A stretch of 64,000 bases of DNA from Antedon mediterranea (GCF_964355755.1 NC_092677.1:20482101-20546100); one strand, 5' to 3'. Positions 1 to 14,430 are shown, counted from the first letter of the stretch. Program-made: numbers and translations. The notes: generated by a model not told the origin, from the letters alone.

Positions 1-979
1 TCAAAGTGCTTAAAATCACAGTAGAAACCGTTTTAGACCATTTTGAGCATTTCGTTAAAATTTTTCACAGAAAAACATCAAAGAGCAAAAAATAGCTTAA
101 TATCGTATTTAAAAACGTTTTAGACCATTTTGAGCATTTCGACAAAACTTTTTCACACAAAACATCAAAGTGTACAGATAAGCTTCAAATCGCATTTGGA
201 GACGTTTTAAACCATTTTGAGCATTTCGATAAAATTTTACACACAAAAACATCAAAGTGCACAAAATAGCTTAATATGGTATTTAAAAACGTTTTAGACC
301 ATTTTGAGCATTTCAACAAAACTTTTTCTCACAAAACATCAAAGTGTACAGAATAGCTTCAAATCGCATTTGGAGACGTTTTAGACCATTTTGTGCATTT
401 CGATGAAACTTGGTTACACAAAAACATCAAAGTGCTTAAAATCACATTTTGAGCATTTCGTTAAAACTTTTCACACAAAAACATCAAAGTCCACAAAATA
501 GCTTAATATCGTATTTAAAAACGTTTTAGACCATTTTGAGCATTTTCGAAAAAACTTGTTAACATAAAAACACCAAACTGCTCAGAATACCTTCAAATCG
601 TGTTTTGAGACGTTTTAGACCATTTTGTAATTTTCGAAAAAACTTGTTAACATAAAAACACCAAAGTGCTCAGAATACCTTCACATCGCATTTTGAGACG
701 TTTTAGACCATTTTGTGATTTTCGAAAAAACTTGTTAACATAAAAACACCAAAGTGCTTAGAAAAGCTTGAAATCGCATTTGGAGACGTTTTAGACCATT
801 TTGTGCATTTCGATGAAACTTGGTTAAAGTGCTTAAAATCACATTTTGAGCATTTCGTTAAAACTTTTCACACAAAAACATCAAAGAGTAAAAAATAGCT
901 TAATATCGTATTTAAAAACGTTTTAGACCATTTTGAGCATTTCGACAAAATTTTTTCACACAAAACATCAAAGTGTACA

Positions 980-3900
980 GAATAGCTTTAAATCGCATTT
1001 GGAGACGTTTTAGACCATTTTGTTCATTTCGATGAAACAAAAACACAAAAACATCAAATTGCACAAAATGGCTTAATATGATATGGGAAAACGTTTTAGA
1101 CCATTTTGAACATATCGTTAAAAGTTTTCACACAAAAACATCAAAGTCCACAAAATAGCTTAATATCGTATTTAAAAACGTTTTAGACCATTTTGAGCAT
1201 TTCGAAAAATTTTTTCACACAAAACATCAAAGTTTACAAAATAGCTTCAAATCGCATTTGGAGACGTTCTAGACCATTTTGTGATTTTCGAAAAAACTTG
1301 TTAACATAAAAACACCAAAGTACTCAGAATACCTTCAAATCGCATTTTGAGACGTTTTAGACCATTTTGTGATTTTCGAAAAAACAACATAAAAACACCA
1401 AAGTGCTCAGAATACCTTCAAATCGCATTTGGAGACGTTTTAGACCATTTTGTGATTTTCGAAAAAACTTGTTAACATAAAAACACCAAAGTGCTCAGAA
1501 TACCTTCAAATCATATTTTGAGACGTTTTAGACAATTTTGTGATTTTCGAAAAAACTTGTTAACATAAAAACACCAAAGTGCTTAGAAAAGCTTCAAATC
1601 GCATTTGGAGACGTTTTAGACCATTTTGTGCATTTCGATGAAACTTGGTTACACAAAAACATCAAAGTGTACAGAATAGCTTCAAATCGCATTAGAAACC
1701 GTTTTAGACCATTTTAAGCATTTCGAAAAAACTTTTTCACACAAAACATCAAAGTGTACAAAATAGCTTCAAATCGCATTTGGAGACGTTTTAGACAATT
1801 TTGTGATTTTCGAAAAAACTTGTTTACATAAAAACACCAAAGTGCTTAGAAAAGCTTCAAATCGCAGTTGGAGACGTTTTAAACCATTTTGTTCATTTCG
1901 ATGAAACTTGGTTACACAAAAACATCAAAGAGCACAAAAGTATTTAAAAACGTTTTAGACCATTTTGAGCATTCCGACAAAACTTTTTCACACAAAACAT
2001 CAAAGTGTACAGAATAGCTTTAAATCGCATTTGGAGACGTTTTAGACCATTTTGTAGTTTTCGAAAAAACTTGTTAACATAAAAACACAAAAGAGCTTCA
2101 AATCGCATTTGGAGACGTTTTAGACCCTTTTGTGCATTTCGATGAAACTTGGTTACACAAAAACATCAAAGTGCTTAAAATCACATTAGAAACCGTTTTA
2201 GACCATTTTGAGCATTTCGTTAAAACTTTTCACACAAAAACATCAAAGTCCACAAAATAGCTTAATATCGTATTCAAAAACGTTTTAGACCATTTTGAGC
2301 ATTTCGAAAAAACTTTTTCACACAAAACATCAAAGTTTACAAAATAGCTTCAAATCGCATTTGGAGACGTTTTAGACCATTTTGTGATTTTCGAAAAAAC
2401 AACATAAAAACACCAAAGTGCTCAGAATACCTTCAAATCGCATTTGGAGACGTTTTAGACCATTTTGTGATTTTGGAAAAAACTTGTTAACATAAAAACA
2501 CCAAAGTGCTCAGAATACCTTCAAATCGTATTTTGAGACGTTTTAGACAATTTTGTGATTTTCGAAAAAACTTGTTAACATAAAAACACCAAAGTGTACA
2601 GAATAGCTTCAAATCGCATTAGAAACCGTTTTAGACCATTTTAAGCATTTCGAAAAAACTTTTTCACACAAAACATCAAAGTGTACAAAATAGCTTCAAA
2701 TCGCATTTGGAGACGTTTTAGACAATTTTGTGATTTTCGAAAAAACTTGTTTACATAAAAACACCAAAGTGCTTAGAAAAGCTTCAAATCGCATTTGGAG
2801 ACGTTTTAAACCATTTTGTTCATTTCGATGAAACTTGGTTACACAAAAACATCAAAGAGCACAAAAGTATTTAAAAACGTTTTAGACCATTTTGAGCATT
2901 CCGACAAAACTTTTTCACACAAAACATCAAAGTGTACAGAATAGCTTTAAATCGCATTTGGAGACGTTTTAGACCATTTTGTAGTTTTCGAAAAAACTTG
3001 TTAACATAAAAACACAAAAGAGCTTCAAATCGCATTTGGAGACGTTTTAGACCCTTTTGTGCATTTCGATGAAACTTGGTTACACAAAAACATCAAAGTG
3101 CTTAAAATCACATTAGAAACCGTTTTAGACCATTTTGAGCATTTCGTTAAAACTTTTCACACAAAAACATCAAAGTCCACAAAATAGCTTAATATCGTAT
3201 TCAAAAACGTTTTAGACCATTTTGAGCATTTCGAAAAAACTTTTTCACACAAAACATCAAAGTTTACAAAATAGCTTCAAATCGCATTTGGAGACGTTTT
3301 AGACCATTTTGTGATTTTCGAAAAAACTTGTTAACATAAAAACACCAAAGTGCTCAGAATACCTTCAAATCGCATTTTGAGACGTTTTAGACCATTTTGT
3401 GATTTTCGAAAAAACAACATAAAAACACCAAAGTGCTCAGAATACCTTCAAATCGCATTTGGAGACGTTTTAGACCATTTTGTGATTTTGGAAAAAACTT
3501 GTTAACATAAAAACACCAAAGTGCTCAGAATACCTTCAAATCGTATTTTGAGACGTTTTAGACAATTTTGTGATTTTCGAAAAAACTTGTTAACATAAAA
3601 ACACCAAAGTGCTTAGAAAAGCTTCAAATCGCATTTGGAGACGTTTTAGACCATTTTGTGCATTTCGATGAAACTTGGTTACACAAAAACATCAAAGTGT
3701 ACAGAATAGCTTCAAATCGCATTAGAAACCGTTTTAGACCATTTTGAGCATTTCGAAAAAACTTTTTCACACAAAACATCAAAGTGTACAAAATAGCTTT
3801 AAATCGCATTTGGAGACGTTTTAGACCATTTTGTTCATTTCGATGAAACAAAAACACAAAAACATCAAATTGCACAAAATGGCTTAATATGATATGGGAA

Positions 3901-6180
3901 AACGTTTTAGACCATTTTGAACATATCGTTAAAAGTTTTCACACAAAAACATCAAAGTCCACAAAATAGCTTAATATCGTATTTAAAAACGTTTTAGACC
4001 ATTTTGAGCATTTCGAAAAATTTTTTCACACAAAACATCAAAGTTTACAAAATAGCTTCAAATCGCATTTGGAGACGTTCTAGACCATTTTGTGATTTTC
4101 GAAAAAACTTGTTAACATAAAAACACCAAAGTACTCAGAATACCTTCAAATCGCATTTTGAGACGTTTTAGACCATTTTGTGATTTTCGAAAAAACAACA
4201 TAAAAACACCAAAGTGCTCAGAATACCTTCAAATCGCATTTGGAGACGTTTTAGACCATTTTGTGATTTTCGAAAAAACTTGTTAACATAAAAACACCAA
4301 AGTGCTCAGAATACCTTCAAATCGTATTTTGAGACGTTTTAGACAATTTTGTGATTTTCGAAAAAACTTGTTAACATAAAAACACCAAAGTGCTTAGAAA
4401 AGCTTCAAATCGCATTTGGAGACGTTTTAGACCATTTTGTGCATTTCGATGAAACTTGGTTACACAAAAACATCAAAGTGTACAGAATAGCTTCAAATCG
4501 CATTAGAAACCGTTTTAGACCATTTTAAGCATTTCGAAAAAACTTTTTCACACAAAACATCAAAGTGTACAAAATAGCTTCAAATCGCATTTGGAGACGT
4601 TTTAGACAATTTTGTGATTTTCGAAAAAACTTGTTTACATAAAAACACCAAAGTGCTTAGAAAAGCTTCAAATCGCATTTGGAGACGTTTTAAACCATTT
4701 TGTTCATTTCGATGAAACTTGGTTACACAAAAACATCAAAGAGCACAAAAGTATTTAAAAACGTTTTAGACCATTTTGAGCATTCCGACAAAACTTTTTC
4801 ACACAAAACATCAAAGTGTACAGAATAGCTTTAAATCGCATTTGGAGACGTTTTAGACCATTTTGTAGTTTTCGAAAAAACTTGTTAACATAAAAACACA
4901 AAAGAGCTTCAAATCGCATTTGGAGACGTTTTAGACCCTTTTGTGCATTTCGATGAAACTTGGTTACACAAAAACATCAAAGTGCTTAAAATCACATTAG
5001 AAACCGTTTTAGACCATTTTGAGCATTTCGTTAAAACTTTTCACACAAAAACATCAAAGTCCACAAAATAGCTTAATATCGTATTCAAAAACGTTTTAGA
5101 CCATTTTGAGCATTTCGAAAAAACTTTTTCACACAAAACATCAAAGTTTACAAAATAGCTTCAAATCGCATTTGGAGACGTTTTAGACCATTTTGTGATT
5201 TTCGAAAAAACCACATAAAAACACCAAAGTGCTCAGAATACCTTCAAATCGCATTTGGAGACGTTTTAGACCATTTTGTGATTTTGGAAAAAACTTGTTA
5301 ACATAAAAACACCAAAGTGCTCAGAATACCTTCAAATCGTATTTTGAGACGTTTTAGACAATTTTGTGATTTTCGAAAAAACTTGTTAACATAAAAACAC
5401 CAAAGTGTACAGAATAGCTTCAAATCGCATTAGAAACCGTTTTAGACCATTTTAAGCATTTCGAAAAAACTTTTTCACACAAAACATCAAAGTGTACAAA
5501 ATAGCTTCAAATCGCATTTGGAGACGTTTTAGACAATTTTGTGATTTTCGAAAAAACTTGTTTACATAAAAACACCAAAGTGCTTAGAAAAGCTTCAAAT
5601 CGCATTTGGAGACGTTTTAAACCATTTTGTTCATTTCGATGAAACTTGGTTACACAAAAACATCAAAGAGCACAAAAGTATTTAAAAACGTTTTAGACCA
5701 TTTTGAGCATTCCGACAAAACTTTTTCACACAAAACATCAAAGTGTACAGAATAGCTTTAAATCGCATTTGGAGACGTTTTAGACCATTTTGTAGTTTTC
5801 GAAAAAACTTGTTAACATAAAAACACAAAAGAGCTTCAAATCGCATTTGGAGACGTTTTAGACCCTTTTGTGCATTTCGATGAAACTTGGTTACACAAAA
5901 ACATCAAAGTGCTTAAAATCACATTAGAAACCGTTTTAGACCATTTTGAGCATTTCGTTAAAACTTTTCACACAAAAACATCAAAGTCCACAAAATAGCT
6001 TAATATCGTATTCAAAAACGTTTTAGACCATTTTGAGCATTTCGAAAAAACTTTTTCACACAAAACATCAAAGTTTACAAAATAGCTTCAAATCGCATTT
6101 GGAGACGTTTTAGACCATTTTGTGATTTTCGAAAAAACTTGTTAACATAAAAACACCAAAGTGCTCAGAATACCTTCAAA
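980..6180 (+). repeat. Higher-order tandem duplication, period 2811 bp, containing a nested 927-bp duplication (boundaries approximate)
   Basis: Rare variants CATATCGTT (1111/3922) and GAGACGTTCTAG (1261/4072) are offset by 2811. ATTTTAAGCA at 1711/2638 is offset by 927. Confidence 0.85.
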
Positions 6181-6334
6181 TCGCATTTGGAGACGTTTTA
6201 GACCATTTTGTGATTTTGGAAAAAACTTGTTAACATAAAAACACCAAAGTGCTCAGAATACCTTCAAATCGTATTTTGAGACGTTTTAGACAATTTTGTG
6301 ATTTTCGAAAAAACTTGTTAACATAAAAACACCA

Positions 6335-9300
6335 AAGTGCTAAGAATAGCTTCCAATCGCATTTGGAGACGTTTTAGACCCTTTTGTGAATTTCGATGAA
6401 ACTTGGTTACACAAAAACATCAAAGTGCTTAAAATCACATTAGAAACCGTTTTAGACCATTTTGAGCATTTCGTTAAAATTTTTCACAGAAAAACATCAA
6501 AGAGCAAAAAATAGCTTAATATCGTATTTAAAAACGTTTTAGACCATTTTGAGCATTTCGACAAAACTTTTTCACACAAAACATCAAAGTGTACAGAATA
6601 GCTTAATATCGCATTTGGAGACGTTTTAACCCATTTTGAGCATTTCGATAAAATTTTACACACAAAAACATCAAAGTGCACAAAATAGCTTAATATGGTA
6701 TTTAAAAACGTTTTAGAACATTTTGAGCATTTCAACAAAACTTTTTCTCACAAAACATCAAAGTGTACAGAATAGCTTCAAATCGCATTTGGAGACGTTT
6801 TAGACCATTTTGTGCATTTCGATGAAACTTGGTTACACAAAAACATCAAAGTGCTTAAAATCACATTTTGAGCATTTCGTTAAAACTTTTCACACAAAAA
6901 CATCAAAGAGTAAAAAATAGCTTAATATCGTATTTAAAAACGTTTTAGACCATTTTGAGCATTTCGACAAAATTTTTTCACACAAAACATCAAAGTGTAC
7001 AGAATAGCTTTAAATCGCATTTGGAGACGTTTTAGACCATTTTGTTAATTTCGATGAAACAAAAACACAAAAACATCAAATTGCACAAAATGGCTTAATA
7101 TGATATGGGAAAACGTTTTAGACCATTTTGAACATTTCGTTAAAAGTTTTCACACAAAAACATCAAAGTCCACAAAATAGCTTAATATCGTATTTAAAAA
7201 CGTTTTAGACCATTTTGAGCATTTCGAAAAAACTTTTTCACACAAAACATCAAAGTTTACAAAATAGCTTCAAATCGCATTTGGAGACGTTTTAGACCAT
7301 TTTGTGATTTTCGAAAAAACTTGTTAACATAAAAACACCAAAGTGCTCAGAATACCTTCAAATCGCATTTTGAGACGTTTTAGACCATTTTGTGATTTTC
7401 GAAAAAACTTGTTAACATAAAAACACCAAAGTGCTCAGAATACCTTCAAATCGTGTTTTGAGACGTTTTAGACCATTTTGTGATTTTCGAAAAAACTTGT
7501 TAACATAAAAACACCAAAGTGCTCAGAATACCTTCAAATCGCATTTTGAGACGTTTATACCATTTTGTGATTTTCGAAAAAACTTGTTAACATAAAAACA
7601 CCAAAGTGCTCAGAATACCTTCAAATCGTGTTTTGAGACGTTTTAGACCATTTTGTGATTTTCGAAAAAACTTGTTAACATAAAAACACCAAAGTGCTTA
7701 GAAAAGCTTCAAATCGCATTTGGAGACGTTTTAGACCATTTTGTTCATTTCGATGAAACTTGGTTACACAAAAACATCAAAGAGCACAAAAGATCTTAAT
7801 ATCGTATTTAAAAACGTTTTAGACCATTTTGAGCATTTCGAAAAAACTTTTTCACACAAAACATCAAAGTGTACAAAATAGCTTCAAATCGCATTTTGAG
7901 ACGTTTTAGACAATTTTGTGATTTTCGAAAAAACTTGTTTACATAAAAACAACAAAGTGCTTAGAAAAGCTTCAAATCGCATTTGGAGACGTTTTAAACC
8001 ATTTTGTTCATTTCGATGAAACTTGGTTACACAAAAACATCAAAAAGCACAAAAGTATTTAAAAACGTTTTAGACCATTTTGAGCATTCCGTCAAAACTT
8101 TTTCACACAAAACATCAAAGTGTACAGAATAGCTTTAAATCGCATTTGGAGACGTTTTAGACCATTTTGTAGTTTTCGAAAAAACTTGTTAACATAAAAA
8201 CACAAAAGAGCTTCAAATCGCATTTGGAGACGTTTTAGACCCTTTTGTGCATTTCGATGAAACTTGGTTACACAAAAACATCAAAGTGCTTAAAATCACA
8301 TTAGAAACCGTTTTAGACCATTTTGAGCATTTCGTTAAAACTTTTCACACAAAAACATCAAAGTCCACAAAATAGCTTAATATCGTATTTAAAAACGTTT
8401 TAGACCATTTTGAGCATTTCGAAAAAACTTTTTCACACAAAACATCAAAGTTTACAAAATAGCTTCAAATCGCATTTGGAGACGTTTTAGACCATTTTGT
8501 GATTTTCGAAAAAACTTGTTAACATAAAAACACCAAAGTGCTCAGAAAAGCTTCAAATCGCATTTGGAGACGTTTTAAACCATTTTGTTCATTTCGATGA
8601 AACTTGGTTACACAAAAACATCAAAGAGCACAAAAGTATTTAAAAACGTTTTAGACCATTTTGAGCATTCCGACAAAACTTTTTCACACAAAACATCAAA
8701 GTGTACAGAATAGCTTTAAATCGCATTTGGAGACGTTTTAACCCATTTTGAGCATTTCGATAAAATTTTACACACAAAAACATCAAAGTGCACAAAATAG
8801 CTTAATATGGTATTTAAAAACGTTTTAGACCATTTTGAGCATTTCAACAAAACTTTTTCTCACAAAACATCAAAGTGTACAGAATAGCTTCAAATCGCAT
8901 TTGGAGACGTTTTAGACCATTTTGTGCATTTCGATGAAACTTGGTTACACAAAAACATCAAAGTGCTTAAAATCACATTTTGAGCATTTCGTTAAAACTT
9001 TTCACACAAAAACATCAAAGTCCACAAAATAGCTTAATATCGTATTTAAAAACGTTTTAGACCATTTTGAGCATTTCGAAAAAACTTTTCCACACAAAAC
9101 ATCAAAGTTTACAAAATACCTTCAAATCGCATTTGGAGACGTTTTAGACCATTTTGTGATTTTCGAAAAAACTTGTTAACATAAAAACACCAAAGTGCTC
9201 AGAATACCTTCAAATCGCATTTGGAGACGTTTTAGACCCTTTTGTGCATTTCGATGAAACTTGGTTACACAAAAACATCAAAGTGCTTAAAATCACATTA

Positions 9301-12300
9301 GAAACCGTTTTAGACCATTTTGAGCATTTCGTTAAAATTTTTCACAGAAAAACATCAAAGAGCAAAAAATATCTTAATATCGTATTTAAAAACGTTTTAG
9401 ACCATTTTGAGCATTTCGACAAAACTTTTTCACACAAAACATCAAAGTGTACAAAATAGCTTCAAATCGCATTTGGAGACGTTTTAACCCATTTTGAGCA
9501 TTTCGATAAAATTTTACACACAAAAACATCAAAGTGCACAAAATAGCTTAATATGGTATTTAAAAACGTTTTAGACCATTTTGAGCATTTCAACAAAACT
9601 TTTTCTCACAAAACATCAAAGTGTACAGAATAGCTTCAAATCGCATTTGGAGACGTTTTAGACCATTTTGTGCATTTCGATGAAACTTGGTTACACAAAA
9701 ACATCAAAGTGCTTAAAATCACATTTTGAGCATTTCGTTAAAACTTTTCACACAAAAACATCAAAGTCCACAAAATAGCTTAATATCGTATTTAAAAACG
9801 TTTTAGACCATTTTGAGCATTTCGAAAAAACTTTTCCACACAAAACATCAAAGTTTACAAAATAGCTTCAAATCGCATTTGGAGACGTTTTAGACCATTT
9901 TGTGATTTTCGAAAAAACTTGATAACATAAAAACACCAAAGTGCTCAGAATACCTTCAAATCGTGTTTTGAGACGTTTTAGACCATTTTGTAATTTTCGA
10001 AAAAACTTGTTAACATAAAAACACCAAAGTGCTCAGAATACCTTCACATCGCATTTTGAGACGTTTTAGACCATTTTGTGATTTTCGAAAAAACTTGTTA
10101 ACATAAAAACACCAAAGTGCTTAGAAAAGCTTGAAATCGCATTTGGAGACGTTTTAGACCATTTTGTGCATTTCGATGAAACTTGGTTACACAAAAACAT
10201 CAAAGTGCTTAAAATCACATTTTAAGCATTTCGTTAAAACTTTTCACACAAAAACATCAAAGAGTAAAAAATAGCTTAATATCGTATTTAAAAACGTTTT
10301 AGACCATTTTGAGCATTTCGACAAAATTTTTTCACACAAAACATCAAAGTGTACAGAATAGCTTTAAATCGCATTTGGAGACGTTTTAGACCATTTTGTT
10401 CATTTCGATGAAACAAAAACACAAAAACATCAAATTGCACAAAATGGCTTAATATGATATGGGAAAACGTTTTAGACCATTTTGAACATTTCGTTAAAAG
10501 TTTTCACACAAAAACATCAAAGTCCACAAAATAGCTTAATATCGTATTTAAAAACGTTTTAGACCATTTTGAGCATTTCGAAAAAACTTTTTCACACAAA
10601 ACATCAAAGTGTACAAAATAGCTTCAAATCGCATTTGGAGACGTTTTAGACAATTTTGTGATTTTCGAAAAAACTTGTTTACATAAAAACACCAAAGTGC
10701 TAAGAATAGCTTCCAATCGCATTTGGAGACGTTTTAGACCCTTTTGTGCATTTCGATGAAACTTGGTTACACAAAAACATCAAAGTGCTTAAAATCACAT
10801 TAGAAACCGTTTTAGACCATTTTGAGCATTTCGTTAAAATTTTTCACAGAAAAACATCAAAGAGCAAAAAATAGCTTAATATCGTATTTAAAAACGTTTT
10901 AGACCATTTTGAGCATTTCGACAAAACTTTTTCACACAAAACATCAAAGTGTACAGAATAGCTTAATATCGCATTTGGAGACGTTTTAACCCATTTTGAG
11001 CATTTCGATAAAATTTTACACACAAAAACATCAAAGTGCACAAAATAGCTTAATATGGTATTTAAAAACGTTTTAGAACATTTTGAGCATTTCAACAAAA
11101 CTTTTTCTCACAAAACATCAAAGTGTACAGAATAACTTCAAATCGCATTTGGAGACGTTTTAGACCATTTTGTGCATTTCGATGAAACTTGGTTACACAA
11201 AAACATCAAAGTGCTTAAAATCACATTTTGAGCATTTCGTTAAAACTTTTCACACAAAAACATCAAAGAGTAAAAAATAGCTTAATATCGTATTTAAAAA
11301 CGTTTTAGACCATTTTGAGCATTTCGACAAAATTTTTTCACACAAAACATCAAAGTGTACAGAATAGCTTTAAATCGCATTTGGAGACGTTTTAGACCAT
11401 TTTGTTAATTTCGATGAAACAAAAACACAAAAACATCAAATTGCACAAAATGGCTTAATATGATATGGGAAAACGTTTTAGACCATTTTGAACATTTCGT
11501 TAAAAGTTTTCACACAAAAACATCAAAGTCCACAAAATAGCTTAATATCGTATTTAAAAACGTTTTAGACCATTTTGAGCATTTCGAAAAAACTTTTTCA
11601 CACAAAACATCAAAGTTTACAAAATAGCTTCAAATCGCATTTGGAGACGTTTTAGACCATTTTGTGATTTTCGAAAAAACTTGTTAACATAAAAACACCA
11701 AAGTGCTCAGAATACCTTCAAATCGCATTTTGAGACGTTTTAGACCATTTTGTGATTTTCGAAAAAACTTGTTAACATAAAAACACCAAAGTGCTCAGAA
11801 TACCTTCAAATCGTGTTTTGAGACGTTTTAGACCATTTTGTGATTTTCGAAAAAACTTGTTAACATAAAAACACCAAAGTGCTCAGAATACCTTCAAATC
11901 GCATTTTGAGACGTTTATACCATTTTGTGATTTTCGAAAAAACTTGTTAACATAAAAACACCAAAGTGCTCAGAATACCTTCAAATCGTGTTTTGAGACG
12001 TTTTAGACCATTTTGTGATTTTCGAAAAAACTTGTTAACATAAAAACACCAAAGTGCTTAGAAAAGCTTCAAATCGCATTTGGAGACGTTTTAGACCATT
12101 TTGTTCATTTCGATGAAACTTGGTTACACAAAAACATCAAAGAGCACAAAAGATCTTAATATCGTATTTAAAAACGTTTTAGACCATTTTGAGCATTTCG
12201 AAAAAACTTTTTCACACAAAACATCAAAGTGTACAAAATAGCTTCAAATCGCATTTTGAGACGTTTTAGACAATTTTGTGATTTTCGAAAAAACTTGTTT

Positions 12301-14430
12301 ACATAAAAACAACAAAGTGCTTAGAAAAGCTTCAAATCGCATTTGGAGACGTTTTAAACCATTTTGTTCATTTCGATGAAACTTGGTTACACAAAAACAT
12401 CAAAAAGCACAAAAGTATTTAAAAACGTTTTAGACCATTTTGAGCATTCCGTCAAAACTTTTTCACACAAAACATCAAAGTGTACAGAATAGCTTTAAAT
12501 CGCATTTGGAGACGTTTTAGACCATTTTGTAGTTTTCGAAAAAACTTGTTAACATAAAAACACAAAAGAGCTTCAAATCGCATTTGGAGACGTTTTAGAC
12601 CCTTTTGTGCATTTCGATGAAACTTGGTTACACAAAAACATCAAAGTGCTTAAAATCACATTAGAAACCGTTTTAGACCATTTTGAGCATTTCGTTAAAA
12701 CTTTTCACACAAAAACATCAAAGTCCACAAAATAGCTTAATATCGTATTTAAAAACGTTTTAGACCATTTTGAGCATTTCGAAAAAACTTTTTCACACAA
12801 AACATCAAAGTTTACAAAATAGCTTCAAATCGCATTTGGAGACGTTTTAGACCATTTTGTGATTTTCGAAAAAACTTGTTAACATAAAAACACCAAAGTG
12901 CTCAGAAAAGCTTCAAATCGCATTTGGAGACGTTTTAAACCATTTTGTTCATTTCGATGAAACTTGGTTACACAAAAACATCAAAGAGCACAAAAGTATT
13001 TAAAAACGTTTTAGACCATTTTGAGCATTCCGACAAAACTTTTTCACACAAAACATCAAAGTGTACAGAATAGCTTTAAATCGCATTTGGAGACGTTTTA
13101 ACCCATTTTGAGCATTTCGATAAAATTTTACACACAAAAACATCAAAGTGCACAAAATAGCTTAATATGGTATTTAAAAACGTTTTAGACCATTTTGAGC
13201 ATTTCAACAAAACTTTTTCTCACAAAACATCAAAGTGTACAGAATAGCTTCAAATCGCATTTGGAGACGTTTTAGACCATTTTGTGCATTTCGATGAAAC
13301 TTGGTTACACAAAAACATCAAAGTGCTTAAAATCACATTTTGAGCATTTCGTTAAAACTTTTCACACAAAAACATCAAAGTCCACAAAATAGCTTAATAT
13401 CGTATTTAAAAACGTTTTAGACCATTTTGAGCATTTCGAAAAAACTTTTCCACACAAAACATCAAAGTTTACAAAATAGCTTCAAATCGCATTTGGAGAC
13501 GTTTTAGACCATTTTGTGATTTTCGAAAAAACTTGATAACATAAAAACACCAAAGTGCTCAGAATACCTTCAAATCGTGTTTTGAGACGTTTTAGACCAT
13601 TTTGTAATTTTCGAAAAAACTTGTTAACATAAAAACACCAAAGTGCTCAGAATACCTTCACATCGCATTTTGAGACGTTTTAGACCATTTTGTGATTTTC
13701 GAAAAAACTTGTTAACATAAAAACACCAAAGTGCTTAGAAAAGCTTGAAATCGCATTTGGAGACGTTTTAGACCATTTTGTGCATTTCGATGAAACTTGG
13801 TTACACAAAAACATCAAAGTGCTTAAAATCACATTTTAAGCATTTCGTTAAAACTTTTCACACAAAAACATCAAAGAGTAAAAAATAGCTTAATATCGTA
13901 TTTAAAAACGTTTTAGACCATTTTGAGCATTTCGACAAAATTTTTTCACACAAAACATCAAAGTGTACAGAATAGCTTTAAATCGCATTTGGAGACGTTT
14001 TAGACCATTTTGTTCATTTCGATGAAACAAAAACACAAAAACATCAAATTGCACAAAATGGCTTAATATGATATGGGAAAACGTTTTAGACCATTTTGAA
14101 CATTTCGTTAAAAGTTTTCACACAAAAACATCAAAGTCCACAAAATAGCTTAATATCGTATTTAAAAACGTTTTAGACCATTTTGAGCATTTCGAAAAAA
14201 CTTTTTCACACAAAACATCAAAGTGTACAAAATAGCTTCAAATCGCATTTGGAGACGTTTTAGACAATTTTGTGATTTTCGAAAAAACTTGTTTACATAA
14301 AAACACCAAAGTGCTAAGAATAGCTTCCAATCGCATTTGGAGACGTTTTAGACCCTTTTGTGCATTTCGATGAAACTTGGTTACACAAAAACATCAAAGT
14401 GCTTAAAATCACATTAGAAACCGTTTTAGA
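6335..14430 (+). repeat. Higher-order tandem duplication, period 4360 bp; the second copy lacks a 746-bp block (boundaries approximate)
   Basis: Identical spurious ORFs at 6484 and 10844. The rare variant ACGTTTATACC is at 7551/11911. The offset drops to 3614 at CTTGATAAC (9921/13535). Confidence 0.85.

Noticed and set aside
397-414. Possible CENP-B box (TTTCGATGAAACTTGG)
   Set aside because: It has TTCG and the central A but lacks the required CGGG (TTGG instead).
821-832. GGTTAAAGTG variants as precise excision footprints of the MITE
   Set aside because: Precise excision of the observed insertion would leave GGTTTAAGTG, which I did not see. The variant is better read as the pre-insertion allele.
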